Positions 42,477 to 52,034 of a DNA stretch of 64,000 bases are shown here, in pieces; within the stretch, counting starts at the first letter, position 1, and each line of letters starts with the position of its first letter. The position numbers and the translations under genes are program-made. Location of the stretch: assembly GCA_947501605.1 (NCBI GenBank), contig CANMWZ010000018.1, positions 12,780-76,779 on the forward strand, in the 5' to 3' direction. Under the pieces are notes generated by a model that did not search any database, was not told where the DNA came from, and saw only the letters and a program-made list of their open reading frames with translations. This DNA comes from Planctomycetota bacterium. GTDB lineage: Bacteria > Planctomycetota > UBA1135 > UBA2386.

Positions 42477-44546
42477 GTGCGAATCCCCACCCGCCATTTT
42501 CAGGCTGTGCTGCTGTCTACTCTTGCCGCCGCCACTGCGGCGCAGCAGCCGAACCCGCCGCGGCCGGCGTCCACCGCACCTGCAGCCAAGCAGCCATGCG
42601 AGTCAGACTCAGGGAAGGACCAGGAGGCGCTGCTCGAGTCTGCACTGCAGCGCTGGGCGGAAGCGTCGAAGAAGCAGGATGCAAAGCGCTTGGCGGCGCT
42701 GCGAACGCTGGCGGCGTTTGACGACCCGCGCGTGACCGAAGTTCTGCTCGACGCACTTCGACGGTCCGGCGGCGATTGGACGTCATCGCAGATCGCGGAT
42801 GCAATCGGCCTGAAGCCGCGTGCCAACGTGCTCACGCCGCTACTCGATCTGCTCGCAGCAAAGGGCACGCAGCCAGGGTTGCGCACGGCGGCGTGCCGCG
42901 CCATCGCGCGCCAGGGCAGCCGCGGCATCGACGCGTTGATCGCGATCGCAGCTGATGACACCGGCACCCAGTCGCACGAACTGAAGGTGGCGGCGATGAA
43001 TGGACTGAGCGCTTGTGGTGAGGAGCGTGCGTGGCGCGGCCTCGCGCCACTCGCACTGCGCGGCAACTCCACAGAGCAACTCGCCGTCTTGCGACTTCTG
43101 GCCGCGGCCAAGGATGTGAAGGCGGTGACGCAAGTGCGCCTTCGACTGCTCCAGGACAGCGATGACGTGCTCGCAGCCGCAGCGTGGCGGCAGCTCGCGG
43201 CGGAGGGTCATGCCAAATCACCGAGCGCGTTCGATGACCTGATCGGGCGGATGGGCGAGTCGCCCAGGCCAGCCGCGTGCGTCGAGTTGATCCAAGGACT
43301 CACCTACGGCATGCGACCGTCGACGTTCGAGGACTTCCTTCGCCTCGCCAGCAACTCTTCGCCGATGGTCTATGCCGTGCTTTCGGCAACGGCCGGCGAC
43401 TTTGCCAAGGACGGCAAACTCGTGCATTGGCTGCTCGAGGATGCGATCGACGGTGCGAGCGAGCCGTCGCGGTTGGTGATTCTCGCGATCCTCAGCAAGG
43501 CGAGCGTCGAGGACCTGAAGCCGATGGTCGGCAAGATCCGCGCCGGATTGGCCAAGCCGACGCGAGAAGCAGTCGAACTCGCGATTGCGACGTTGCCGGC
43601 ACTGATCGCAGATCCCGCTTTCGAGCAGGACCTGCAGCGTATGGTCGACTCACAGGACCCACCGTTGCGCACGACGGGGCTCACGCTGATGTTGAACCTC
43701 GGCATCGACAGTGCTGTTCCGATTGCGCAGAGGCAGCTCGCCGCCAAGGAATGGGAGCTGCGCTCGGTGTGCTACCGCTACCTGGGCAAGTTCCGCAGTC
43801 TCGGGTCCATTCCGCTGCTGATCGATCGATTTGGCAAGGAGGACGGCCGCTTGCTGGCCGAGTTGTCCGAGGCCTTGTTCGTTCATGCTGGCGTCCGTTG
43901 CTGGAGCCGCGACGAGTGGGACGACTGGTGGCAGAAGAGCAAAGCCGGTCACGCACTGCCAGCCTGGGAGAGCGTGCACACGGCCAAGAAGAGTGCGTCA
44001 GGCGGCGGCTCGACGGCGGCGTACTACGGCATCCCGATGGTCAGCCGACGCGCCGTGTTCTTGATCGATACCTCAGGGTCGATGAGCGCGCCGATCGGGA
44101 CCGATCGCAAGAGGACGCGGCTCGACGAAGTGAAGAAGCAGTTGCGCGCGTCGGTCGAGAAGTTGCCCGATGACCAGCTGTTCAACATCTACTTCTATGC
44201 CGGCGGCGTGAACCCGATGTGGCCGCAGCTGCAGAAGGCGGTCGGCGCCGATCGCAAGGCGGTGCTCGAGCGAGTCGAGAAGACCGCGATCGGCGATGGC
44301 GGCACCAACATCTTCGATTCGATCGAGCGCGCGTTCGCCGATCTCGAGGTCGACACGATCTATCTGCTCAGCGATGGTGCGCCGACGGCGGGTCGCGTCA
44401 TCGAGCCATCGCAGCTTGCCGATCAGGTGCGCCGCTGGAACTACGCGCGTCAGATCGTGATCCACTGTGTGGCCGTCGGCACCCGTTCGGAGTTGCTCGA
44501 GCGCCTCGCCAAGGAGTCTGGCGGCGAGTACGTGTTCGTGCAGTGA
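42477..44546 (+). CDS. Secreted HEAT-repeat protein with a C-terminal von Willebrand factor A domain
   Basis: Track ORF is 42312..44546. The first in-frame start that clears the convergent upstream gene is GTG 42477 (VRIPTRHFQAVLLSTLAAATAAQQ, signal-like). It has HEAT-like repeats (DPRVTEVLLDALRRS..., LRTAACRAIARQGSRG...). The C-terminal VWA has a MIDAS-type motif: VFLIDTSGSMS...GGTNIFDSIERAF...IYLLSDGAPT. The start is uncertain. Confidence 0.75.
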   Translation: MRIPTRHFQAVLLSTLAAATAAQQPNPPRPASTAPAAKQPCESDSGKDQEALLESALQRWAEASKKQDAKRLAALRTLAAFDDPRVTEVLLDALRRSGGDWTSSQIADAIGLKPRANVLTPLLDLLAAKGTQPGLRTAACRAIARQGSRGIDALIAIAADDTGTQSHELKVAAMNGLSACGEERAWRGLAPLALRGNSTEQLAVLRLLAAAKDVKAVTQVRLRLLQDSDDVLAAAAWRQLAAEGHAKSPSAFDDLIGRMGESPRPAACVELIQGLTYGMRPSTFEDFLRLASNSSPMVYAVLSATAGDFAKDGKLVHWLLEDAIDGASEPSRLVILAILSKASVEDLKPMVGKIRAGLAKPTREAVELAIATLPALIADPAFEQDLQRMVDSQDPPLRTTGLTLMLNLGIDSAVPIAQRQLAAKEWELRSVCYRYLGKFRSLGSIPLLIDRFGKEDGRLLAELSEALFVHAGVRCWSRDEWDDWWQKSKAGHALPAWESVHTAKKSASGGGSTAAYYGIPMVSRRAVFLIDTSGSMSAPIGTDRKRTRLDEVKKQLRASVEKLPDDQLFNIYFYAGGVNPMWPQLQKAVGADRKAVLERVEKTAIGDGGTNIFDSIERAFADLEVDTIYLLSDGAPTAGRVIEPSQLADQVRRWNYARQIVIHCVAVGTRSELLERLAKESGGEYVFVQ

Positions 44547-44564
44547 CCAGCGGGTGGCGCGGGC

Positions 44565-45602
44565 TCAGGCCTGCGCGCGGTCTCGTATTGCTGTGACGAT
44601 TCGCTGCAGCAACACCCAGCCGGCCTCGAGTTCTGCACCGGTGATGCGTTCTTCGTCGGTGTGTGCGAGCGTGATGCTGCCGGGGCCAGCGAGCACGATG
44701 GCGCGGTTGCGAGCAAACTGCCGGAGACGGGGCGCATCGCTGCCAAACGGCACCGGCTTGTGGGTGAAGCCCTGCAGCGGCGGATAGTGGTCGGCTTCGC
44801 AGGCGCCAAGCAGTTCGACCTCCGCATGCTCGGGCGCGAAAGCGCGGGCGGTCGACTCGAATTCGCAGCCGGGCAGGGTGCGGACGAACACCTCCGCCGC
44901 CGCGAATGCAGCCACGACGTTGGGGGCGGCGCCGCCAGTGACGGTGCCAAGGTTCCAAGTCTCGGCGCCGAGTTCTGAGTCTTCACGCCCGGCGAAGGAG
45001 CGCAGTCGTTGCAGCCAGTCGATCAGCTCCCAAAGTGCGGAGCGGCCGAGTTCGGGTGTGCCCGAGTGTGCTGGCACGCCATTGGTCTTGAGTCGCAGGT
45101 GCAGTGTGCCGCGCTGTCCGGTCGCCAGCACGTTATCGGTCGGTTCGCCGTTGATGACACCAAGGACATCGCCGCAGCGCGCGCGCAAGTCGAGAGCCGC
45201 CTTCGCACCAATGCTGTCGGTCTCCTCGCCAACGACGCCGAGCCAAGCGACGTCGGTTTGTCCGGCAGCGAGCATCGAGCGGATCGCGGCGAGTTGCGTG
45301 ACGATCTGCCCCTTGGCGTCGCAGGCGCCGCGGCCGTGCAGCAGGTCGCGCTGCAACCTTGGCTCGATGTAGGGCGGCACCGTGTCGAGGTGCGTGCTGA
45401 ACAAGACCGATGGTTTGTTGCACCAACGCGCGAGCACGTTGCTGCGACCGGGCGCAACGCGCTGCAGTTCGACGTCAGCGCCGAGTTCGCGCAGTACAGC
45501 GTGCAGCGCGGCGAGTCCGCGGTCCTCGTGCCCCGTGGTGGTGTCGTCGGCACACAGCGCCTCGAGACGGTCGAGCATCCAGCCTCGCAGACCGTCTGTC
45601 AT
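44565..45602 (-). CDS. M20-family metallopeptidase (ArgE/DapE/acetylornithine deacetylase-like)
   Basis: Trimmed to Met71 (ATG 45602; MTDGLRGWMLDRLEALC...). Motifs present: FSTHLDTVPP, GRGACDAKGQ, VVGEETDSIGA. Confidence 0.8.
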   Translation of the reverse strand: MTDGLRGWMLDRLEALCADDTTTGHEDRGLAALHAVLRELGADVELQRVAPGRSNVLARWCNKPSVLFSTHLDTVPPYIEPRLQRDLLHGRGACDAKGQIVTQLAAIRSMLAAGQTDVAWLGVVGEETDSIGAKAALDLRARCGDVLGVINGEPTDNVLATGQRGTLHLRLKTNGVPAHSGTPELGRSALWELIDWLQRLRSFAGREDSELGAETWNLGTVTGGAAPNVVAAFAAAEVFVRTLPGCEFESTARAFAPEHAEVELLGACEADHYPPLQGFTHKPVPFGSDAPRLRQFARNRAIVLAGPGSITLAHTDEERITGAELEAGWVLLQRIVTAIRDRAQA

Positions 45603-45612
45603 GGCAACTGGT

Positions 45613-45966
45613 TCAGGCGAGCTTGGTGATGCCGGCGTAGGCCGCGAAACCAGCGATCGCGAGCGCGACGATCCACCCCAGTGGGCGGGGGATGACTCCG
45701 CGACGGACCAGCACAGGCAGGACTGCGGCGAAGACCCAGGCGCCGATCTTGGCCCAGATCCAACTTTGCCAGTCATTGGGTGCGGAAAGTCCGAGCCGCG
45801 AGAGCATGCCAAAACCGGCGACCAGCAGCAGCAGCAGGCCGACGCCGTGGAAGATCATCGATGCCTTGTGCGGCGCGTCCTTCGGCGACGCCAGCGCCAC
45901 GCCGGTCGAGATCATCAACAGGGCGAGGCCCAGGACGTGGAGGACCCTGTACAGTTCGAGCGTCAT
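45613..45966 (-). CDS. Small four-TM membrane protein (SirB2-like size and topology)
   Basis: 117 aa with four hydrophobic helices. It ends 10 nt upstream of the M20 gene start on the same strand. Confidence 0.55.
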   Translation of the reverse strand: MTLELYRVLHVLGLALLMISTGVALASPKDAPHKASMIFHGVGLLLLLVAGFGMLSRLGLSAPNDWQSWIWAKIGAWVFAAVLPVLVRRGVIPRPLGWIVALAIAGFAAYAGITKLA

Positions 45967-46029
45967 GCGCCGCAGGGTAGATGTGTCGCGTGGCGAAGTC
46001 GAGCCCGCAGCACGAGCTGCATGGCGGGT

Positions 46030-47148
46030 TCAGCGAGTGAACTTGGCGATCGCTCCGACTACGTCGATCTGCTCGGCCTCCGTCAGGCCCTGGAAGATCG
46101 GCAGGGCAAGGCTGGTAGCTGCGGCCTTCTCGGCGACCGGGAAGTCCCCGGGCTTGCCGTTCAGGTAGCGGAAGCACGGCTGCAGATGGAACGGGATCGG
46201 ATAGTAGACCGCACTGCCGATGCCCTGTTCGCGCAGGTGCTGCAACAGGTCGTCGCGATGCTCTTGCGGCACGCGCATGACGAACTGGTGGTAGGCGTGT
46301 CGATCGCCGACGTCGGTTGGCAGTTGCAGCCACTCGGTCACTGTCGTCTTGGCGAAGAGGGTCCGATAGCGCGCGGCGTTGTCGCGGCGCGTCGCCGTGA
46401 TCTTCTCGATGTCGCGCAGCCGAACGCGCAGGGCCGCCGCCTGGATGGCGTCCATGCGGAAGTTGCCGCCGACGATGTTGTGCTTGTAGAGCTCGGCCTG
46501 GCCGTGGTTCCGCAGCATCTTGCAGCGGTCGTAGAAGTCCCTGTCGTTGGTTGTCAGGAAGCCGCCATCGCCGATGCCGCCGAGGTTCTTGGTCGGGAAC
46601 GTCGACCAGCCCGAGCACAGGCCGTCGTTGCCGCACATGCGGCCCTTGTACTTGGTGCCGATCGCTTGCGCGGCGTCTTCGATCAGTGGCACGCCTGCCT
46701 TGCGGCAGATCGCGCTGATCGAGTCCACGTCGAACGGAGCGCCGAACAGGTGCACGGCCATGACGGCCTTGACCTTCTTCGAGCGCTTCAGTGCCTCTTC
46801 GAGCCGTTGTGGGTCGATGCCCAAGAACGTGGGCTCGACATCGACGAACACTGGCGTCGCACCCGTTCGCGCGACGACGCCGGCCGTAGCGAAGAACGAA
46901 TACGTCGGCAGCAGCACTTCGTCCCCTGGGCCGATGCCGAGTGCCATGAGCGGGCACAGCAACGCATCGGTGCCGGACGACATCGAAAGGGCATGGGCAC
47001 ACCCGAGGTAGGCGCAGAGCTCTTGCTCGAAGCGCTCGACCTCGGGTCCGAGGATGTACTGGCCGCTTCTGACGACGGCGCTGATGACGGCTTCGATCTG
47101 GGCGAGCTGTGCCTTGTCGCGGCACAGGTCGATCATTGGCACGGGCAT
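46030..47148 (-). CDS. DegT/DnrJ/EryC1/StrS-family PLP-dependent sugar aminotransferase
   Basis: Trimmed to ATG 47148 (MPVPMIDLCRDKAQL...). Family motifs: GQYILGPEVERFEQELCAYLG, SGTDALL, DAAQAIG, FPTKNLGGIGDGG (PLP Lys), NFRMDAIQAA. Confidence 0.88.
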   Translation of the reverse strand: MPVPMIDLCRDKAQLAQIEAVISAVVRSGQYILGPEVERFEQELCAYLGCAHALSMSSGTDALLCPLMALGIGPGDEVLLPTYSFFATAGVVARTGATPVFVDVEPTFLGIDPQRLEEALKRSKKVKAVMAVHLFGAPFDVDSISAICRKAGVPLIEDAAQAIGTKYKGRMCGNDGLCSGWSTFPTKNLGGIGDGGFLTTNDRDFYDRCKMLRNHGQAELYKHNIVGGNFRMDAIQAAALRVRLRDIEKITATRRDNAARYRTLFAKTTVTEWLQLPTDVGDRHAYHQFVMRVPQEHRDDLLQHLREQGIGSAVYYPIPFHLQPCFRYLNGKPGDFPVAEKAAATSLALPIFQGLTEAEQIDVVGAIAKFTR

Positions 47149-47221
47149 GGGCGGGCAGGATAGGGGCCCGCCGCGCGCATGGAAGAGCGGGCAGCGGGTT
47201 GCGTCGGCAGCCCGCGGTGCG

Positions 47222-50029
47222 TCACTGCGCGCGCAAGTTCGTCTGCAGGCCGTCCGACGACGACAGGCCTTGCGGCTGGCAGGCGTCGAACCACGCGAAC
47301 TGCGTGTAGATCGGCAAGCCGTCGTAGAGCAGCAGGCTCGGCAGCGGCAGCAACCGTGCGGCCGTGCCCTGCGCGTCAGCCGCGAGGAACTCAACCCACG
47401 CCGAGGGGTTGGCGAGATCGACCAGCACGGTGACTCCGGCGATCGGCACGTTTGCCGAGGCGAAGCCGAGTGCGAAGAAGCCGGCGCCGCTTGCGGGGGC
47501 GTTGTCGCCGACAAGGGCAAACGTCGCGCTGCCGAGGCGGGCTTCGCTGTTGGCGCGAATGCGCGGTGCACCTGGACAACCGTTGGTCGCGATGCCGTAC
47601 TGGATCGACTGCTCGTCGCCATCCAGTGCGTTGTCGAGGTCGCGATCGCGCGCCATGCGCTGGCCCGCACCCGGCGGCACGCCGGTGAAGGTCAGCGCGG
47701 CATTGCCTGCCTGCGCCAGTGCGACGAGCTGCGTGCGCGTCTGCGCCACGAAGCCCGTGGCGTTGCCCTGGAAGGAGCCAAGTGAGGTCGAGTAGAGCAG
47801 GCCGCGGACGACGCTCGAAACCGTGCCTTGGGCGACGACGTCAAGGTCTCCGGCGATCGCGCGCGCGATCAGCAGATCCAGGTCGGCAAGGGCCGCCGCG
47901 TTGGTCGCGTTCGATTGGTCGATCGTGACCTGCAGGCCGACGGCCGGCGCCGTGCCGGTGTCCATGGCCATGACGAAGGGGACGATCTTCGACATCACGT
48001 TCGCGCCCAGCGCCGAGCGCCACGGGTTGAACACTGGCAGGGCGAGGAAGTCCGCGACGGTGCCCACCGAGCCATCGTGCGTGTAGCCAAAGCCGCTCTT
48101 CTGCGGACCCGCCGTCCGCGTCAAGCCGACCTTGCGGTACATGTTGCGCAACTGTGCGACCTTCATCTGCTGCGGCTCTTGCAGGATCGAGCCAGTGACA
48201 ACCTGTCGGTTCGTGCCGGTGAGGTTGCCGACGTCGTGGGTGTGGCAGGTGTTGCAGCTGATCGTGACGAATCCGCCAAGGTTGCTGGCGGTCGCGTCAA
48301 ACGCCACCTGGCCTTCGGACTCGCTGGCGCCAGCCGGCGTGGTGCGCAGCGTGCGCGTCTTCAGCTGGTTCGGGTTCGGCGGGAACGCGATGCTGGTCGC
48401 GAACTGCGCGTAGAGGTTCATGTCTGCAGTCGACAGCAGCGAGCCGCCCATCAGCGAGTTGAAGGCGCCATTGAACGCCTGGAAGTTGACGCGATCGCCG
48501 CGCCAGTGGAACGGCGCAGTTGCCGACAGACCCTTCAGAGTCTGCGTCGTCATCGCGCCCTTCATCGGGTGGAACGACGACAGCGGCAGAAGGTTGAACG
48601 GGCTGACGGTGTTCACCGGCGCCGAAGCCATGGTGCCGCTCGGATCGCCGAGGTCCCATGAGAGGCCGTCGAGGTCGCCATCGGTGTGGCACGAAGCGCA
48701 GCTCATCGTGCCGTTACCGGCGAGCTTGGCGTCGTAGAGGAACTTGCGGCCGTCGCGGATATTGGTCGGCGTCGGGTCGTAGGAGCCGAGCGCCACTTCG
48801 CCTAGCAGTGCATTGCTGCTGGTGTCGATCACACTGATCGACGACGAGAGCTTGTTGTGCACGTAGAGGCGCTGGGTTGCTGTTGCCAGTGCGAGGCCAC
48901 GCGGGCCGCGCTTGTTGATGGTGTTGATGAGCGCGCCCGGCGTGCCGCCCATTTCGATGCGCGCGAGCACATTGCCACTGCCGTCGAGCACGCCGATGCG
49001 GTCGGTGCCCTGCGCGGCGACGTAGATGCGACCGACGGCGGCGTCGATGGCGACGCCGTAGGGTTCGGCAAGGGCCGTCGACAGCGCTGCGTTGTTCGGC
49101 AGCAATGCGTAGTTGATGCCCGGGTTGAGGTCGATCGGCGTGACCACCGGCGAGGCGCCCGTGGTGATGCGCGTGATCCGGCTGTCGATCGCGTGGCCCT
49201 TGAGCACCGGCTCGAACGCGACCAGGTTGCGCGCTTCGGTATTGGCAACCCAGAGATCGCCGGTCAGAGGGTTCACAGCGATGCCGGTGTTGGTGGTCCC
49301 GACGGCGCGGAAGTTGCGCGTGACAGTCAGCGACGCGACGTCGATTTCGGCGATGTCGTTGTCAGGCAACGTGAACGGGATCTGCGCGGCCCACGCTGGG
49401 TCGTCGGCGCGGACGATCTTGCTGGTCAGCGGCGCGGCCGGCAGCGACGTATTGGTGGGCGCCGGTTGTGACTGGTTTGGAACCGTGGTGGTGCCGTTAC
49501 CCGAGCGCTGCACGACGGCGTAGACCTTGGTTCCGGCAGCGTTGACCGCGAGGTTGCGCGGGTCCTTGCCGAATACCGCGACAGAGCCCAGCGACGCGCG
49601 AGACGTCGCATCGAACACGGCGACGCGATCGCTGGCTGCCGCTGTCACGAAGGCTTTGCCGCCCGCGAACACGACGTCCGATGGCTCGTCGGCGACTTGC
49701 AGAGTGGCGACGACGCGACCCTGAGCCAGCGACACGATGCTGACCGAGTCAGAGAGGTGGTTGACAACCCAGACTTCGTCGCTGGTGCGCGGATTGACGG
49801 ATACTGGCTCGAGGCCGACGGGGATCTCGTGCAGCAGCACCGGCGCGTTCGGGTTCTGCAGGCTGTAGACGCAGAGCCGTTGGTCGGCAGTGTGCGCTGC
49901 AAACAGCCGCGTGCCATCGGCGGAGAGGCGGATCGAGCTGACGATCGGACTCTCGTAGTTGACGAACGACTGCGCATTGGCCGCGACCGTCAGGAGCACT
50001 GCTGCCGCGAGGACATGGGATCGATGCAT
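47222..50029 (-). CDS. Secreted beta-propeller / di-haem cytochrome c peroxidase-like protein with a divergent copy of the shared C-terminal domain
   Basis: Trimmed to ATG 50029 (MHRSHVLAAAVLLTVAANAQS signal). It has N-terminal YVTN-like propeller repeats (VPVGLEPVSVNP..., LQVADEPSDVVFA...) and two CxxCH haem c sites (SCASCHTDG and SCNTCHTHD). The tail is YGIATNGCPGAPRI...LGSATFALVGDNAPASGAGFFALGFAS...LLLYDGLPIYTQFAWFDACQPQGLSSSDGLQTNLRAQ. Confidence 0.8.
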   Translation of the reverse strand: MHRSHVLAAAVLLTVAANAQSFVNYESPIVSSIRLSADGTRLFAAHTADQRLCVYSLQNPNAPVLLHEIPVGLEPVSVNPRTSDEVWVVNHLSDSVSIVSLAQGRVVATLQVADEPSDVVFAGGKAFVTAAASDRVAVFDATSRASLGSVAVFGKDPRNLAVNAAGTKVYAVVQRSGNGTTTVPNQSQPAPTNTSLPAAPLTSKIVRADDPAWAAQIPFTLPDNDIAEIDVASLTVTRNFRAVGTTNTGIAVNPLTGDLWVANTEARNLVAFEPVLKGHAIDSRITRITTGASPVVTPIDLNPGINYALLPNNAALSTALAEPYGVAIDAAVGRIYVAAQGTDRIGVLDGSGNVLARIEMGGTPGALINTINKRGPRGLALATATQRLYVHNKLSSSISVIDTSSNALLGEVALGSYDPTPTNIRDGRKFLYDAKLAGNGTMSCASCHTDGDLDGLSWDLGDPSGTMASAPVNTVSPFNLLPLSSFHPMKGAMTTQTLKGLSATAPFHWRGDRVNFQAFNGAFNSLMGGSLLSTADMNLYAQFATSIAFPPNPNQLKTRTLRTTPAGASESEGQVAFDATASNLGGFVTISCNTCHTHDVGNLTGTNRQVVTGSILQEPQQMKVAQLRNMYRKVGLTRTAGPQKSGFGYTHDGSVGTVADFLALPVFNPWRSALGANVMSKIVPFVMAMDTGTAPAVGLQVTIDQSNATNAAALADLDLLIARAIAGDLDVVAQGTVSSVVRGLLYSTSLGSFQGNATGFVAQTRTQLVALAQAGNAALTFTGVPPGAGQRMARDRDLDNALDGDEQSIQYGIATNGCPGAPRIRANSEARLGSATFALVGDNAPASGAGFFALGFASANVPIAGVTVLVDLANPSAWVEFLAADAQGTAARLLPLPSLLLYDGLPIYTQFAWFDACQPQGLSSSDGLQTNLRAQ

Positions 50030-50360
50030 GGGAGAGGCCTGGGGGGAGAAGAGAATCGTAGACTCGTGGGCGTGGACGGTTTCGCGGCCGTCCGCGGTCC
50101 CGCGAGCAGGCTGGGCGGAGGCACAGGAGCATAACTCCTGACCAGCGATTTGGGGCCCGTGCGAGTGGCGCTTCGTTGCCGTCCGTTCGGTCGACCGCCT
50201 TGCCGGCCGGGCGAGGCCTCTCGCGCCGAGTGAATGACCGGTGGCGCCGCAGTCGTGGGGCGAGACGACCGTGCTGGTGGCATGTGCCAGTGCGCCGATC
50301 CTAGAACGGGACTCTGCGACCCGGCAGCGAAGCCGCCTGCTTCCGCTGGTCCGATAGGTC

Positions 50361-51113
50361 GTGACGATGCCCGACCCTCGGCCAGTCCGTCGCCTTGCCC
50401 TCGCCGCGATGGCGACCGCTCTTGCGTTCGTTGCCGTGCACTGCCTGTTCTTCCTGACGTGGACCATTCAGCGGCGAACGCCGATGGCAGTGAAGAACTG
50501 GTTTGACCTGCGCAATGACTACAGCCTGCCGTCGTGGTTTGGCTTCCTGTGCCTGTCTGCCGCTGGCATTGCCTGCCTGCGTTGGGGGCAGCGCTCGGGC
50601 CGGCGAGGCATCCTCACGACAGGCGTGTTGTTCCTATTCCTCACCGTCGACGACCTGTTGATGCTGCACGAGCGCATCGGTGGGCTGTTTGCCGAGAGCC
50701 TGAGTCGGACGGGCACCTACGCCTGGGTTCTGGTGCTCGTCATTCCGCTCTGCCTCTCCGGGCTGGTCGCTGCATGGTCCTGCTGGTCGGCGCTCGCTGG
50801 CGACCGTCCAGCGCGAAGGATGCTGTTTGGGGGCTTTGCCTGCCTCGGCACTTCGATGGTGATCGAGGCCTTCGAGCAGAAAGTGACGCACTCAGGGCTC
50901 CGTTGGCGCGAGCTCGATCTGGTGCTCTACACCCAGGTCGTCGAAGAGACCTTGGAGATGGTCGGCCCACTGTTGGTTGCATGGGCTGCCGCCGAAGCGT
51001 GGCGGAGAACTCCGCAGCGGCCGCGGCGTGCACCGCGGACGATGGCCGCGGCCGCGGCCGTGCTGGTGGCAGCGCCGCAGGAGCAAGAACAAGAGGTTGG
51101 TTGCGGCGTGTGA
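50361..51113 (+). CDS. Integral membrane protein of unknown function (about 6 TM)
   Basis: 250 aa with hydrophobic segments and conserved-looking acidic motifs (LTVDDLLMLHERIG; VVEETLEMVGPLLV). No family recognised. The start is uncertain. Confidence 0.55.
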   Translation: MTMPDPRPVRRLALAAMATALAFVAVHCLFFLTWTIQRRTPMAVKNWFDLRNDYSLPSWFGFLCLSAAGIACLRWGQRSGRRGILTTGVLFLFLTVDDLLMLHERIGGLFAESLSRTGTYAWVLVLVIPLCLSGLVAAWSCWSALAGDRPARRMLFGGFACLGTSMVIEAFEQKVTHSGLRWRELDLVLYTQVVEETLEMVGPLLVAWAAAEAWRRTPQRPRRAPRTMAAAAAVLVAAPQEQEQEVGCGV

Positions 51114-51116
51114 GCC

Positions 51117-52022
51117 TCAGGATGGCCCAGACGAGTTGGCGCGCGCTTGCCGGTCGAGGTCCCTCTTGAACTCGGCAATGCGCATGCGCCGCATGCCCAT
51201 GACGACGCCGAAGCCAGCGCCCGCGATGCCGATGCAGCTGCCACCAATCGCACCGATCCATGCGGCGTACTCACCGATGCCGGTCCAGCACATGACCGAG
51301 AAGGCCGTGGCGAACACCAATGGCATGGCGATCCCGAGCATCCAGAACAAGCCGAGGATCTTCGCGTCGCGCAGCGAATCGTACATCTGCGCCAGATCTG
51401 GGTTGCCGGCAGCATCGAGCGGCTCCGGTTCGAGCAGCATGCGCCGCAACACCCACGGCAGGATCGCGGCGATGAGCAGGACTTGCGACGCATAGCCCGC
51501 TAGCTGCATGAGCCATGCGCGCTGCAGGCCGTCATTCTCGAACGGTGCCCCAAGTGCGCGCGCACTGATGGCGGCCAGACCTGCGATCGCAGCGAGTGCG
51601 AACATCCACCAGTGGCTCCGGCGAAGCGGGCTCTTCCGGGCGCGGTTCACGAGACCCGCGATGCGAACGCTGTCAGAGGGTCGAAAGCCAGACTCGTCCG
51701 CCATGCCAGTCTTGGCCCGCAGAATGGGCGTGGCGAGCACGAACCACAGCGGGAAGAACATCATCCAGCCCATACGGGCGACCCACGGCAGGACGCCGCC
51801 GAGGGGATACTGTCGACTCAGCAGGAACGAGCCGAACCAGAGTGTCACCGCCGTCAGCGTTGCCAAGAGGAGCACGATGGTGCGAGCCCGAATCAAGGCG
51901 TGGGCTGCCGGTGTCGCGTCGCGCGTGCGGACAAACAACACGACAAGCAGAGGCATCAACAACATCAACGGCACGAAGATCAGCGTGAACAGGTTGCCGA
52001 GTACGGACGCGGGGTCGTTCAT
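51117..52022 (-). CDS. Integral membrane protein, co-transcribed with a YtrA-type GntR regulator
   Basis: 301 aa with about 8 TM segments. It starts 12 nt after the GntR gene stop on the same strand. Confidence 0.6.
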   Translation of the reverse strand: MNDPASVLGNLFTLIFVPLMLLMPLLVVLFVRTRDATPAAHALIRARTIVLLLATLTAVTLWFGSFLLSRQYPLGGVLPWVARMGWMMFFPLWFVLATPILRAKTGMADESGFRPSDSVRIAGLVNRARKSPLRRSHWWMFALAAIAGLAAISARALGAPFENDGLQRAWLMQLAGYASQVLLIAAILPWVLRRMLLEPEPLDAAGNPDLAQMYDSLRDAKILGLFWMLGIAMPLVFATAFSVMCWTGIGEYAAWIGAIGGSCIGIAGAGFGVVMGMRRMRIAEFKRDLDRQARANSSGPS

Positions 52023-52034
52023 GGTCGTTCTCGA

